This document shows positions 15,489 through 24,000 of a stretch of 24,000 nucleotides of DNA, one piece after another. Position numbers and translations under genes: made by a program. The notes beneath the pieces were generated by a model. The model ran no database searches, had not been told where the DNA came from, and worked only from the letters and a program-made list of their open reading frames with translations. The first letter of the stretch is position 1; every line of letters begins with the position of its first letter. The stretch is from Terrisporobacter sp. (GTDB lineage Bacteria > Bacillota > Clostridia > Peptostreptococcales > Peptostreptococcaceae): NCBI RefSeq assembly GCF_036550295.1, contig NZ_JAXKGQ010000011.1. One strand, 5' to 3'.

Positions 15489-17150
15489 TTAAAATTCTAA
15501 AATTGCACCTCTATCTCCTGATGTAACCATTTTGCTATATCTTTTAAGATATCCTGTAGCTATTTTCGGATCTTTTGGTGACCATTTTTTTCTTCTTTCT
15601 TCCATTTCTTCTTGTGATACTTGAAGATTTAAAGTTTTTTCATTTATATTTATATTTATTATATCTCCTTCTTCAACTAAAGCTATAGGTCCTCCCACAG
15701 CAGCTTCAGGAGAAACATGTCCTATAGATGCTCCTCTAGATGCTCCCGAAAAACGTCCATCTGTTATAAGAGCAACACTTTCTCCAAGTCCCATTCCCGC
15801 TATGGCTGAAGTTGGATTTAACATTTCCCTCATACCAGGACCTCCCTTTGGTCCTTCATACCTTATGACAACCACATCACCTGGAACTATTTTTCCACCT
15901 TTTATAGCAGTTATGGCATCTTCTTCACAATCAAATACTCTTGCTGGTCCACTATGTACTAACATTTTATCACAAACTGCTGATCTTTTTACTATACTTC
16001 CATTTGGTGCTAGATTTCCTTTAAGTGCTGCCAATCCCCCAGTTTCACTATATGGATTATCTATTGGTCTTATAGTATTGATGTCTTTATTTTCACAATT
16101 TGCTATATTTTCTTTTACAGTTTTTCCTGTTGCAGTTATTAAGTCAGTATATAATAAGCCTTTTTTGCTGAGTTCATTCATAACTGCATATACTCCTCCA
16201 GCTTCATTTAAATCTTCCATATAAGTATAGCCTGCTGGTGCTAAGTGACAAAGATTTGGAGTTTTCTCGCTAACTTCATTGGCTAAATCAAGAGTTAATT
16301 TCACCCCTGCTTCATGGGCTATGGCTGGTAAATGTAGCATGGAATTTGTAGAACATCCAAGGGCCATATCTACTGTTAAAGCATTCATAAAGGCTTTTTG
16401 AGTTAATATATCTCTTGGTCTTATGTTTTTTTCATAAAGTTCCATAACTTTCATTCCTACATGTTTTGCCAATTTTATTCTTTCAGAATATACGGCAGGT
16501 ATAGTTCCATTTCCTTTAAGTCCCATTCCTATGGCTTCAGTTAAGCAGTTCATGGAATTTGCTGTGTACATTCCTGAACATGAACCACATGTTGGACACA
16601 CTTTATTTTCAAATTCTACAACTTCTTCTTCTGTCATTGTACCTGCTGCATAAGAACCTATGGCTTCAAACATGGAAGATAAACTTCTCTTTTCTCCCTT
16701 AACACGTCCTGCAAGCATTGGTCCTCCACTTACTAATACTGTTGGCACATTTATTCTAGCCGCTGCCATTAAAAGTCCTGGTACATTTTTATCGCAATTT
16801 GGCACCATGACTAGAGCATCAAATTGATGAGCACGTGCCATAACTTCTGTTGAATCTGCTATAAGTTCCCTACTTGCAAGAGAGTATTTCATTCCTTCAT
16901 GACCCATGGCTATTCCATCACATACAGCTATGGCTGGAAATACTACAGGAGTTCCCCCTGCCATGGCAACACCAAGTTTTACTGCATCTACTATTTTATC
17001 CAGATTCATATGACCTGGTACTATTTCATTATATGAACTTACTATCCCCACTAAAGGTTTATTCATTTCCTCTTTAGTATGACCTAATGCATTGAACAAA
17101 GAACGGTGTGGTCCTTGCTGAATTCCTTTTCTCACATTATCACTTTTCAT
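15489..17150 (-). CDS. ilvD: Dihydroxy-acid dehydratase
   Basis: 553 aa. Contains [23 protein letters not shown]..., [38 protein letters not shown] and [22 protein letters not shown], all canonical IlvD/Edd family blocks. Confidence 0.97.
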   Translation of the reverse strand: MKSDNVRKGIQQGPHRSLFNALGHTKEEMNKPLVGIVSSYNEIVPGHMNLDKIVDAVKLGVAMAGGTPVVFPAIAVCDGIAMGHEGMKYSLASRELIADSTEVMARAHQFDALVMVPNCDKNVPGLLMAAARINVPTVLVSGGPMLAGRVKGEKRSLSSMFEAIGSYAAGTMTEEEVVEFENKVCPTCGSCSGMYTANSMNCLTEAIGMGLKGNGTIPAVYSERIKLAKHVGMKVMELYEKNIRPRDILTQKAFMNALTVDMALGCSTNSMLHLPAIAHEAGVKLTLDLANEVSEKTPNLCHLAPAGYTYMEDLNEAGGVYAVMNELSKKGLLYTDLITATGKTVKENIANCENKDINTIRPIDNPYSETGGLAALKGNLAPNGSIVKRSAVCDKMLVHSGPARVFDCEEDAITAIKGGKIVPGDVVVIRYEGPKGGPGMREMLNPTSAIAGMGLGESVALITDGRFSGASRGASIGHVSPEAAVGGPIALVEEGDIINININEKTLNLQVSQEEMEERRKKWSPKDPKIATGYLKRYSKMVTSGDRGAILEF

Positions 17151-17239
17151 AAAAATCCCCCAATTTATCGTTATATTTTAAAAATTCAGATAATTCACAA
17201 CAAAAAACGATACATTTTTGTAAATAATTATATATGATA

Positions 17240-17268
17240 ATCTTAATTCCATCTTTTTACAATGTCAA
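17240..17268 (-). promoter_or_regulatory. Candidate ilvD promoter
   Basis: The minus strand reads TTGACA (17268..17263), a 17-nt spacer, then TAAGAT (17245..17240), about 90 nt upstream of the ATG. No T-box or other leader RNA signature is seen. Confidence 0.35.
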
Positions 17269-17480
17269 TTATTTTTTTAGTATAAAAATAAGGATAAATA
17301 CTGAAAATAAAATTTGCGTTCAATATACAATGATTTTAAACTTTGTTAACATTTTATTTTTCAAAATTTTCTGAAAATTAGTAGCTTTTCTAATCACTTT
17401 TGTATATAATGAACTTATAGTAATAAATAAAGTTTATTTATAATATAGTTAAATAAAATAAGAATATTTAAAAAGGAAAG

Positions 17481-17777
17481 GTGATTACTTTGAAAAATGT
17501 TATAGGTTTTGATCCAATCAAATGTGAATACAAAACTATCACTATGTGTAATTTGCAAGGTGGAGGTAAAACTTTATTTGACCTTCAAAAACTAATGAAT
17601 GGTGCTTCTTATTCTATTATGAATCTTAAACTTCAGCAGCTTGAAGATATAGGTTTAATATTCAAAAGAGTAAATTATGCTTATCCTGCTCAAGTAAAAT
17701 ATTTCTTAACTATAAAAGGATGGGAATGTGTAAGATCTCTTCGTAGTTATGTTGATGTGGATAGTATTGCTGTATAG
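17481..17777 (+). CDS. Divergent HxlR-like winged-helix regulator (98 aa, non-ATG start)
   Basis: YPAQVKYFLTIKGWE corresponds to the HxlR wing motif (PPRVEY.LT.KG), and LKLQQLEDIGLIFKRV to the recognition region. The track start is GTG 17481, directly abutting AAGGAAAGG. The in-frame TTG at 17490 is better spaced. Confidence 0.55.
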   Translation: MITLKNVIGFDPIKCEYKTITMCNLQGGGKTLFDLQKLMNGASYSIMNLKLQQLEDIGLIFKRVNYAYPAQVKYFLTIKGWECVRSLRSYVDVDSIAV

Positions 17778-17823
17778 GAGTTTTTTACAAATGATATGTA
17801 TAAAAAATATTGAATAGAAAATG

Positions 17824-17852
17824 CCAAGTTAAATAACTTGGTATTTTTTTTA
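17824..17852 (+). terminator. Rho-independent terminator
   Basis: CCAAGTT-aaat-AACTTGG (perfect 7-bp stem) followed by TATTTTTTTT. Confidence 0.7.
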
Positions 17853-17933
17853 TAAAATTTTTTAAAGTTTGTATCATTTATAAATAAAAGATAAAACTAG
17901 TAGTAAATAATATTTAAAAAGGATGATACAAAT

Positions 17934-18215
17934 ATGACAGAAGAAAAATTAAATAACTTAAATTTTATTAATAATAAATGGAAATCTTTAATTATTTATA
18001 ATTTATATAGTGGCTCTAAAAAATTTACTTATCTACTAAATTTAAGTCCTACTATAAGTCAAAGTGCATTATGTGAAAATTTAAAAGAACTAGAAATAGA
18101 TAATTTAATAATCAAAAAATATTTTTATGAATATCCCCCTAGAGTTGAGTATTTCTTAACAAGCAAAGGATATGAGTATGCAAAATTAATAAAAGAATTT
18201 GAAAAACTTGGATAA
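17934..18215 (+). CDS. HxlR family transcriptional regulator (93 aa)
   Basis: NKWKSLIIYNLYSG (GKWK..Il..L pattern), LCENLKELEIDNLIIKK and YPPRVEYFLTSKG are canonical HxlR blocks. RBS AAAGGATG. Confidence 0.8.
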   Translation: MTEEKLNNLNFINNKWKSLIIYNLYSGSKKFTYLLNLSPTISQSALCENLKELEIDNLIIKKYFYEYPPRVEYFLTSKGYEYAKLIKEFEKLG

Positions 18216-18228
18216 ATTTTTATCCAAG
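18207..18228. terminator. Bidirectional hairpin shared by 17934..18215(+) and 18230..18709(-)
   Basis: CTTGGAT-aaattttt-ATCCAAG. It overlaps the + gene stop codon. An A-run lies before it and a T-rich run after. Confidence 0.5.
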
Positions 18229-18229
18229 T

Positions 18230-18709
18230 TTATTTTATATTGTTTTTATAAAATTCTTTTATTTCATTATAAGCAACTTCCAAGTTTCCATTGGAATACT
18301 GAAGGTTTACATTATAGTCTCCTCTAACTTTATATTTTACTTTGGGAAATTTTATGCTTTTACCTTTTTCATCCTCTTTTTTTATTTTTATAGCAATAAC
18401 ATCAACAGGTCTATCTTTATATTCATCATTATCAATATATATTTCTGATATATCATTCCATGATAAGTACTCTCCCTTTGTGTATTTTGTCTTTATTCCC
18501 TTTTTATTTACTTGCAGTAATACATCCGGTGATATTAATCTCACAATTAAATAAATTGTGTAGCAACCAAATGCTATAAGGCCAATTAGTCCAACTATTA
18601 GAGAATTTACTTGTATAGCATATATTGCTCCCAAATCCCCTATGATAGAAAGTATTAAATATATTGCTATGTCTTTTCTAGATCTTTTGTAAATTATTTC
18701 TTTATCCAT
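18230..18709 (-). CDS. Small membrane protein: two TM helices plus a C-terminal soluble (bacterial PH-like?) domain
   Basis: The track ORF extends to 18790, but AAAGGAGAG lies 6 nt before the in-frame ATG at 18709 (MDKEIIYKRSRKDIAIYLILSIIGDLGAIYAI...LIGLIAFGCYTIYLIVRL). The two hydrophobic helices are followed by LLQVNKKGIKTKY...LSWNDISEIYID, an architecture resembling YcxB/STM3941-type proteins. The fold assignment is a guess. Confidence 0.65.
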   Translation of the reverse strand: MDKEIIYKRSRKDIAIYLILSIIGDLGAIYAIQVNSLIVGLIGLIAFGCYTIYLIVRLISPDVLLQVNKKGIKTKYTKGEYLSWNDISEIYIDNDEYKDRPVDVIAIKIKKEDEKGKSIKFPKVKYKVRGDYNVNLQYSNGNLEVAYNEIKEFYKNNIK

Positions 18710-18963
18710 AAATTGCTCTCCTTTCATAATCCTTGATATATCTATATTATATATCAAAAAATAAATAATTGCTTGTTTAAAGTATTTCATAATTAATTCA
18801 TTTATTTTTAATATAAAGTATACGCTATATATGCTTATTTATTTTTTATGATATATTTTTTTATTTTTACAGATACATTGTATTGTATTTTTGTTTAATT
18901 AATGATAATATATATCCAACAAATGTTTAGCAACATAAACAATTATTAATTTCAGGTGATTAT

Positions 18964-20055
18964 ATGACTTTTAGAGAAAAAGAAATTTTACAAATTTTAA
19001 AAAGCAATCCTATGATATCTCAACAGGAAATTGCTGATATGTTAAATATATCTAGAACCTCTGTTGCTGTTCATATAACTAATTTGATGAAAAAAGGTGA
19101 ACTATTAGGTAAAGGATATATTTTAAAAAAGGAAAATTATGTTACTGTAATTGGTGGATCTAATATGGATATTCAAGGATTTCCAAACAATCCCCTAGTA
19201 ATGCATGATTCCAATCCTGGCAAAGTTGACATATCTATGGGAGGGGTTGGAAGAAATATTGCAGAAAATTTAAGTAGATTAAATATAAATACTAAATTAA
19301 TTTCTGCTGTAGGAAATGATTTATATGGAAATACTATTTTATCAGAATGTAAAAATTTAAATATTGATGTAAATGATTGTTTCATCTCTGATGAATACTC
19401 CACATCAATTTATATTTCTATTTTAAACAATGATAAAGATATGCAACTTGCCATAAGTCATATGGATATAACTGAAAAACTTAATGAATCATTTATTCAT
19501 TCCAAATACAAAAGCATAAATGATTCAAAGGCAATAGTTATAGATACTAACTTATCTACAGAGGCCATAGATTTTATAACAAGAACTTACTGCCATGTGC
19601 CAATATTTGTAGATACAGTTTCCACTGCAAAATGTCTTAAGATTAAAAATATCTTAAGTAGATTTGAAGCAATTAAATTAAACAAATATGAATCAGAAAC
19701 TTTATCAAATATAAAAATAGAAAACTTAGATGATGTTAAAAAATCAGCACAGTATTTTTTAGATAAAGGTATAAAAAATGTATTTATAACTTTGGGAAGT
19801 GATGGAGTTTACTGTGCAAATAATAAAGAAATGTTTCATATACCCGGTGTAAAAATAGACATAATAAATGCCACTGGAGCTGGTGATGCTTTTATGTCAG
19901 GAATAGTTTATGGATTTATGAATGATTTCAATTTAAATGAAACTGCTAAATTTGCTATAAGTTCATCACTTGTGGCACTATCTCATAAAAACACAATAAA
20001 TCCAAACTTTAGTGTTGATTTAATAAACAAAACAATAAAAGAATTTAACTTATAA
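18964..20055 (+). CDS. psuK: Pseudouridine kinase (PfkB family) with N-terminal winged-helix HTH
   Basis: 363 aa. N-terminal HTH is EKEILQILKSNPMISQQEIADMLNISRTSVAVHITNLMKKG. The PfkB ribokinase-like core shows GGVGRNIAENL and the C-terminal NATGAGDAF anion-hole motif. It is immediately followed by psuG, which supports the specific call. Confidence 0.8.
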   Translation: MTFREKEILQILKSNPMISQQEIADMLNISRTSVAVHITNLMKKGELLGKGYILKKENYVTVIGGSNMDIQGFPNNPLVMHDSNPGKVDISMGGVGRNIAENLSRLNINTKLISAVGNDLYGNTILSECKNLNIDVNDCFISDEYSTSIYISILNNDKDMQLAISHMDITEKLNESFIHSKYKSINDSKAIVIDTNLSTEAIDFITRTYCHVPIFVDTVSTAKCLKIKNILSRFEAIKLNKYESETLSNIKIENLDDVKKSAQYFLDKGIKNVFITLGSDGVYCANNKEMFHIPGVKIDIINATGAGDAFMSGIVYGFMNDFNLNETAKFAISSSLVALSHKNTINPNFSVDLINKTIKEFNL

Positions 20056-20085
20056 AATAATATAAAAAATAAAGGAGTTAATACA

Positions 20086-21006
20086 ATGTTAAAAAAATAT
20101 TTACAAGTACATCCAGAAGTTGAAGCAGCAGTAAAAGAAGGAAGACCAGTAGTAGCATTAGAGTCTACAATAATATCTCATGGTATGCCTTATCCACAAA
20201 ATGTTGAAATGGCAAGCAATGTTGAAAATATAATAAGAGAAAATGGTGCAGTTCCTGCAACTATAGCTATTATAGATGGTGTTTTAAAGGTAGGTTTAAC
20301 TAAGGAAGAAATAGAATTCTTAGCAACAAGTAAGAATGTTGTTAAAGCTTCTAGAAGAGATTTACCTTTCATAATATCTAAAAAATTAACAGGAGCTACT
20401 ACTGTTGCTACTACTATGATACTTGCTGATTTGGCAGGAGTTAGAGTATTTGCTACAGGAGGAATTGGTGGAGTTCATAGAGGAGCTGAAACTACTATGG
20501 ATATATCTGCTGACTTAGAAGAATTAGCTAATACTGATGTGGCTGTTATATGTGCTGGAGCTAAATCAATATTAGATATAGGTTTAACTTTAGAATACTT
20601 AGAAACTCACGGCGTTCCTGTTGTAGGATTTGGTACTGATGAAATGCCTGCGTTCTACACAAGAAAATCAGGATTTGATGTTGATTATAGAGTTGACTCT
20701 TCTATGGAAGTTGCAACTGCCCTAAAGGCAAAATGGGACTTAAACTTAAAAGGTGGTATGGTTATAGCTAACCCAATACCAACTGAATTTGAAATGGATT
20801 ACGATACAATAAACAGCGCTATAGAATCTGCCTTAAAAGAAGCAGATGAAAAACACATTGGTGGGAAAGATGTTACTCCTTTCTTATTAGACAAGGTTAA
20901 GACTATAACTGAAGGAAAATCTCTTGCTTCAAATATAGAACTTGTTTACAACAATGCTAAAGTTGCTGCAAACATAGCAAAAGACTTAGCTTCATTAAAT
21001 AAATAA
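20086..21006 (+). CDS. psuG: Pseudouridine-5'-phosphate glycosidase
   Basis: 306 aa. Contains [31 protein letters not shown] and [24 protein letters not shown], the characteristic YeiN/PsuG (IndA family) blocks. RBS AAAGGAG. Confidence 0.95.
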   Translation: MLKKYLQVHPEVEAAVKEGRPVVALESTIISHGMPYPQNVEMASNVENIIRENGAVPATIAIIDGVLKVGLTKEEIEFLATSKNVVKASRRDLPFIISKKLTGATTVATTMILADLAGVRVFATGGIGGVHRGAETTMDISADLEELANTDVAVICAGAKSILDIGLTLEYLETHGVPVVGFGTDEMPAFYTRKSGFDVDYRVDSSMEVATALKAKWDLNLKGGMVIANPIPTEFEMDYDTINSAIESALKEADEKHIGGKDVTPFLLDKVKTITEGKSLASNIELVYNNAKVAANIAKDLASLNK

Positions 21007-21014
21007 TTTAAAAA

Positions 21015-21051
21015 GAGTGCAATCTTATATTTGATTGCACTCTTTATTTTT
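21015..21051. terminator. Strong rho-independent terminator after psuG (also the nearest hairpin downstream of the convergent MATE gene)
   Basis: GAGTGCAATC (21015..21024) and GATTGCACTC (21033..21042) are exact reverse complements with an 8-nt loop, followed by TTTATTTTT. AAAA precedes the stem. Confidence 0.85.
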
Positions 21052-21134
21052 AACTTATGAATTTGAGCGAGGGACGAAGTTGTTGAAGACATGAAGTTCA
21101 GCACCCACGAAGTGGCTTAAGCATAGGTAATTTT

Positions 21135-22484
21135 TCATATGGTTACATCATTTATCCAATTTCCTCTTTTTATTCTAAAGTACCCTAGAATACCTTTTAG
21201 TATTTCATCGCTCTTTAACATTATAAAAATTAAGGGAACACTAAAATTTAAGTAAAAAGCTGATAAAATACCAAGAGGTATGGCTAAAAACCATAATGTA
21301 ATCATTTCGTATTTAAAAACAAATTTATTATCTCCTCCACCTCTAAGTATACCAAATAATAAATTAGAACTTAAGGATTTAAATAAGATTACTACAGAAG
21401 TGGCAATCATTATATCTTTAGCTATAAGTTTAGTTTCTTCACTTACATTATAAAAATTCACAATAATATCCTTCGTCAATAATATAAAAGAAGATGACAT
21501 TATTCCACACAACATACTTAGTATTATAATTGTATTTGCATAGGATTTAACTTTTTCATAATCACCTTCGCCTATGGTATTTCCTATTATTACTGATGAA
21601 GCAGATGATAATCCTTGAATAAATAGTAATGCAATCTGATATGCCACGTTATTTATGCTATTAGCTGCCACCACATTAATCCCCATCCTTGATACAATTA
21701 AAGTTATTATGGTAGAACCTATAGTCCAACAAAATTCATTTAAAAATATGGGTGTTGCAACTTTAATATATTGTCTTCTTAATTTTTCACTAATACTGTG
21801 CATATAACTTATTCTATAATTTATATTATTTTCAAAAAATCTTATATAGATAATTATAAGTATACATTCACAAATTCTAGCTATCACCGTTGCTATGGCA
21901 GCCCCCTTTATACCAATGGGTGTAAAATTAAATTTTCCAAGAATTAGTATATAATTTAAAATGACATTAATAATTAAAGATATCATATTAATAAGGGCTG
22001 GTATTTTTACTTTTTTTATTGATCTTAAAACACTAGTACTAATCATTGTTATACTAAAAAATACATAACTTAATGAAGAAATCCTCATATAAATTATGCC
22101 CTTTTCTATAACTTTATTATCACTTGTAAAAATCATCATAAATATTTTAGGAAAAAATAAAGCAATGATTAAACAGCTTAAAGATAATAAAATTGCAAGA
22201 AGATATGCTAAACTCAATATTTTATTAATATTTATCTTATCTTCTTTTCCAAAATATTGAGCACACATAACATTTGCACCGCTGCCGATTCCCATTAGAA
22301 GTACCATAAGTATGAAAAATAATTGACCTCCTATGGATGATGCTGATAACTCTATTTCTCCTAAAGTTCCTAGCATTATGGTATCTGCCATATTAACAGA
22401 TACAGAAATTAAATTTTGAAAAGTAATTGGTATGACTATACTTAAAATTGCTTTATAGAAATTTTTTTCTTTACTTAAAACCAT
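21135..22484 (-). CDS. MATE family efflux transporter
   Basis: 449 aa with about 12 predicted TM segments. The N-terminus ILSIVIPITFQNLISVSVNMADTIMLGTLGEIELSASSIGGQLFF follows the typical MatE pattern, and a second MatE-like half is present. Confidence 0.9.
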   Translation of the reverse strand: MVLSKEKNFYKAILSIVIPITFQNLISVSVNMADTIMLGTLGEIELSASSIGGQLFFILMVLLMGIGSGANVMCAQYFGKEDKININKILSLAYLLAILLSLSCLIIALFFPKIFMMIFTSDNKVIEKGIIYMRISSLSYVFFSITMISTSVLRSIKKVKIPALINMISLIINVILNYILILGKFNFTPIGIKGAAIATVIARICECILIIIYIRFFENNINYRISYMHSISEKLRRQYIKVATPIFLNEFCWTIGSTIITLIVSRMGINVVAANSINNVAYQIALLFIQGLSSASSVIIGNTIGEGDYEKVKSYANTIIILSMLCGIMSSSFILLTKDIIVNFYNVSEETKLIAKDIMIATSVVILFKSLSSNLLFGILRGGGDNKFVFKYEMITLWFLAIPLGILSAFYLNFSVPLIFIMLKSDEILKGILGYFRIKRGNWINDVTI

Positions 22485-22554
22485 ATATAATCATCCTTTG
22501 ACATATTATATGACAGTGAATGACTATTTATAAATATAAGATCATCACAAAAAA

Positions 22555-22592
22555 GAGTATAAATTGACTTTTATCAATTTATACTCTTTTTT
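22555..22592 (-). terminator. Rho-independent terminator after the P-type ATPase gene
   Basis: GAGTATAAATTGA (22555..22567) and TCAATTTATACTC (22574..22586) are exact reverse complements with a 6-nt loop. A/T runs on both sides give a U-tail on the minus strand (TTTTTTGTG). Confidence 0.8.
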
Positions 22593-22596
22593 AAAT

Positions 22597-24000
22597 TTAT
22601 ACTTCATTAAAATATTGAAGTAATTTTTTATTCTTATTTAAATAAGTATTTCTTTCTATTTCTTTACTGGCATTTCTTTTATTATATTTTAATAATAAAG
22701 CTGAATTTATAATTACAATAACTGAACCCACATTGTGAACAAGGGCTCCTACCACAGGACCTAATAAATCTGTCATGGCTAAAATTACAGCTAAAAAATT
22801 AAGTGTCATAGAAAAAATTAAATTTACTCTTATAGTTTTCATCATTCGTTTTGATATTTTTAATAAATGAGGTAAATTATTTATATCATCTCTAACTAAA
22901 ACTATATCTGCTGCATCTACTGCTATATCACTGCCCACATTTCCCATGGCAATTCCCACAAAAGATTTTTTAAGTGCAGGAGCATCGTTTATTCCATCTC
23001 CCACCATACATACCATTTTATTATTTTTTTCATATTCATCTATTAAATTTAATTTATCTTGAGGAAAACATTCGGCTTTTACTTCTTCTATTTTCACTTG
23101 CTTAGCTACTCTACTTGCCACATATTTATTATCTCCAGTTAAAAGTACAGGACTTATACCTAAATTTTTTATACTTTCTATCATTGATATTGATTCTTCT
23201 CTTAAAGTATCACTAAGTATTATATATCCACCAATTTTATTATCTATGGCCACATATATAATTGATTTTCCTTGATTTCTAAATTTTTCTCTTATAAATC
23301 TAATGTCTTCTCTTTTAATTTTTTCATCTAAAAGTAAATGTTTGTTTCCTGCTAATATTTTTTTATTATTTACTTTAGCAATTACTCCTCTACCTGGTAT
23401 CATTTTAAATTCCTCAGGTATTTTAATTTCTTTATTATATGTTTCTTTAAAAGATGATACTATGGCTTTTCCAAGGGGATGTTCTGAATATAATTCACAT
23501 GAGGCTATCATTTCATAAAGTTCTTCATTTTTTATATTATCTATTAAACTTACAACTTCTTCTACTTTTGGTTTACCATAAGTTAATGTACCTGTTTTAT
23601 CAAAAGCAATTTTGCTTATAGATGAAAGTCTCTCTAAGGCATCTCCTTCTTTTACTAATATACCGTTCTTAGAGACATTTCCTATGGCTGCAACTATGGC
23701 AGTTGGTGTGGCAAGAACTAAAGCACAAGGACAAAATACAACAAGAATTGTAACTGCTCTAATAATTTCCCCTGTAATTATCCATGTTAATAATGCACTT
23801 ATAAAAGCTGCAACTACAATATATGTTGCCCATTTATCTGCTATACCAACTATCTTAGCTTTGCTGGCATCTGCACTTTGAACAAGCTTTACCATTCTTT
23901 GAATAGAACTATCTTCTCCAACTTTTGTTGCTTTCATTTCAAAAGAACCAAATTGATTTACTGCTCCAGAACACACACTATCTCCTTCACTTAAATCAAG
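22597..24000 (-). CDS. Heavy-metal translocating P1B-type ATPase, C-terminal about 467 aa (gene continues past the right edge)
   Basis: Shows the CPC metal-binding motif in TM6 (VVFCPCALVLATP), phosphorylation site FDKTGTLT and hinge VGDGINDAPAL. The frame stays open upstream of the listed Met to position 24000. Metal specificity is not assignable by eye. Confidence 0.93.
   Translation of the reverse strand, partial: LDLSEGDSVCSGAVNQFGSFEMKATKVGEDSSIQRMVKLVQSADASKAKIVGIADKWATYIVVAAFISALLTWIITGEIIRAVTILVVFCPCALVLATPTAIVAAIGNVSKNGILVKEGDALERLSSISKIAFDKTGTLTYGKPKVEEVVSLIDNIKNEELYEMIASCELYSEHPLGKAIVSSFKETYNKEIKIPEEFKMIPGRGVIAKVNNKKILAGNKHLLLDEKIKREDIRFIREKFRNQGKSIIYVAIDNKIGGYIILSDTLREESISMIESIKNLGISPVLLTGDNKYVASRVAKQVKIEEVKAECFPQDKLNLIDEYEKNNKMVCMVGDGINDAPALKKSFVGIAMGNVGSDIAVDAADIVLVRDDINNLPHLLKISKRMMKTIRVNLIFSMTLNFLAVILAMTDLLGPVVGALVHNVGSVIVIINSALLLKYNKRNASKEIERNTYLNKNKKLLQYFNEV

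Noticed and set aside
14863-17077. + strand ORFs 14863..15123, 15802..16224 and 16874..17077
   Set aside because: They are antisense to the AGCS symporter and ilvD, both unambiguous. Their proline/serine-rich translations are typical of the reverse frame of Gly/Ala-rich genes.
17151-17480. Possible T-box or other leader riboswitch upstream of ilvD
   Set aside because: The leader is short (~90 nt from the candidate promoter). I see no T-box consensus (AAUUAGGGUGGUACCGCG-like), specifier loop or terminator/antiterminator pair.
18710-18790. N-terminal 27-codon extension of the 186-aa track ORF
   Set aside because: The extension (MKYFKQAIIYFLIYNIDISRIMKGEQF) has no RBS. A strong AAAGGAGAG sits just before the internal ATG at 18709, so the shorter 159-aa product is preferred.
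18342-20372. ORFs 18342..18554(+), 19173..19403(-) and 20190..20372(-)
   Set aside because: They are antisense within the 2-TM protein gene, psuK and psuG respectively. None has independent start signals.
23303-23881. + strand ORFs 23303..23518 and 23612..23881
   Set aside because: They are antisense within the P1B ATPase gene.

Overview
AT-rich, low-GC Firmicute chromosome, Clostridium-like by codon usage and gene content. I cannot name the species. The window splits into two parts.

(A) About 9.8-24 kb holds ordinary core genes. These are a CNNM/CorC-type transporter, a hypothetical protein, cstA, an alanine/glycine:cation symporter, ilvD, two tandem HxlR-like regulators, a small 2-TM protein, psuK-psuG, a MATE exporter and a partial P1B heavy-metal ATPase. 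Most gene ends carry clean hairpin terminators, several of them shared by convergent genes.

(B) About 0.23-9.8 kb is visibly more AT-rich and looks like an accessory, decaying defence-type island.
- It contains a type I R-M operon. hsdM is intact, hsdS has an in-frame TAG at codon 8, and hsdR is reduced to a 52-codon N-terminal stump.
- Three intact genes of unknown function lie between hsdS and the hsdR stump.
- One is a 646-aa protein with a C-terminal Rx4H (HEPN-like) motif, in the position that prrC occupies in EcoprrI.
- The other two form an oppositely oriented cassette (262 aa and about 125 aa) with a near-consensus promoter, a palindromic operator and a shared bidirectional terminator.
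- Further right are a G3E-GTPase pseudogene, about 600 bp of non-coding DNA, a SAM methyltransferase, a small protein built from 19-aa tandem repeats, and the wreck of a NERD-SF1 helicase gene.

I saw no tRNA, rRNA, CRISPR array, integrase or transposase. All functional calls rest on motif recognition by eye, with no database search.
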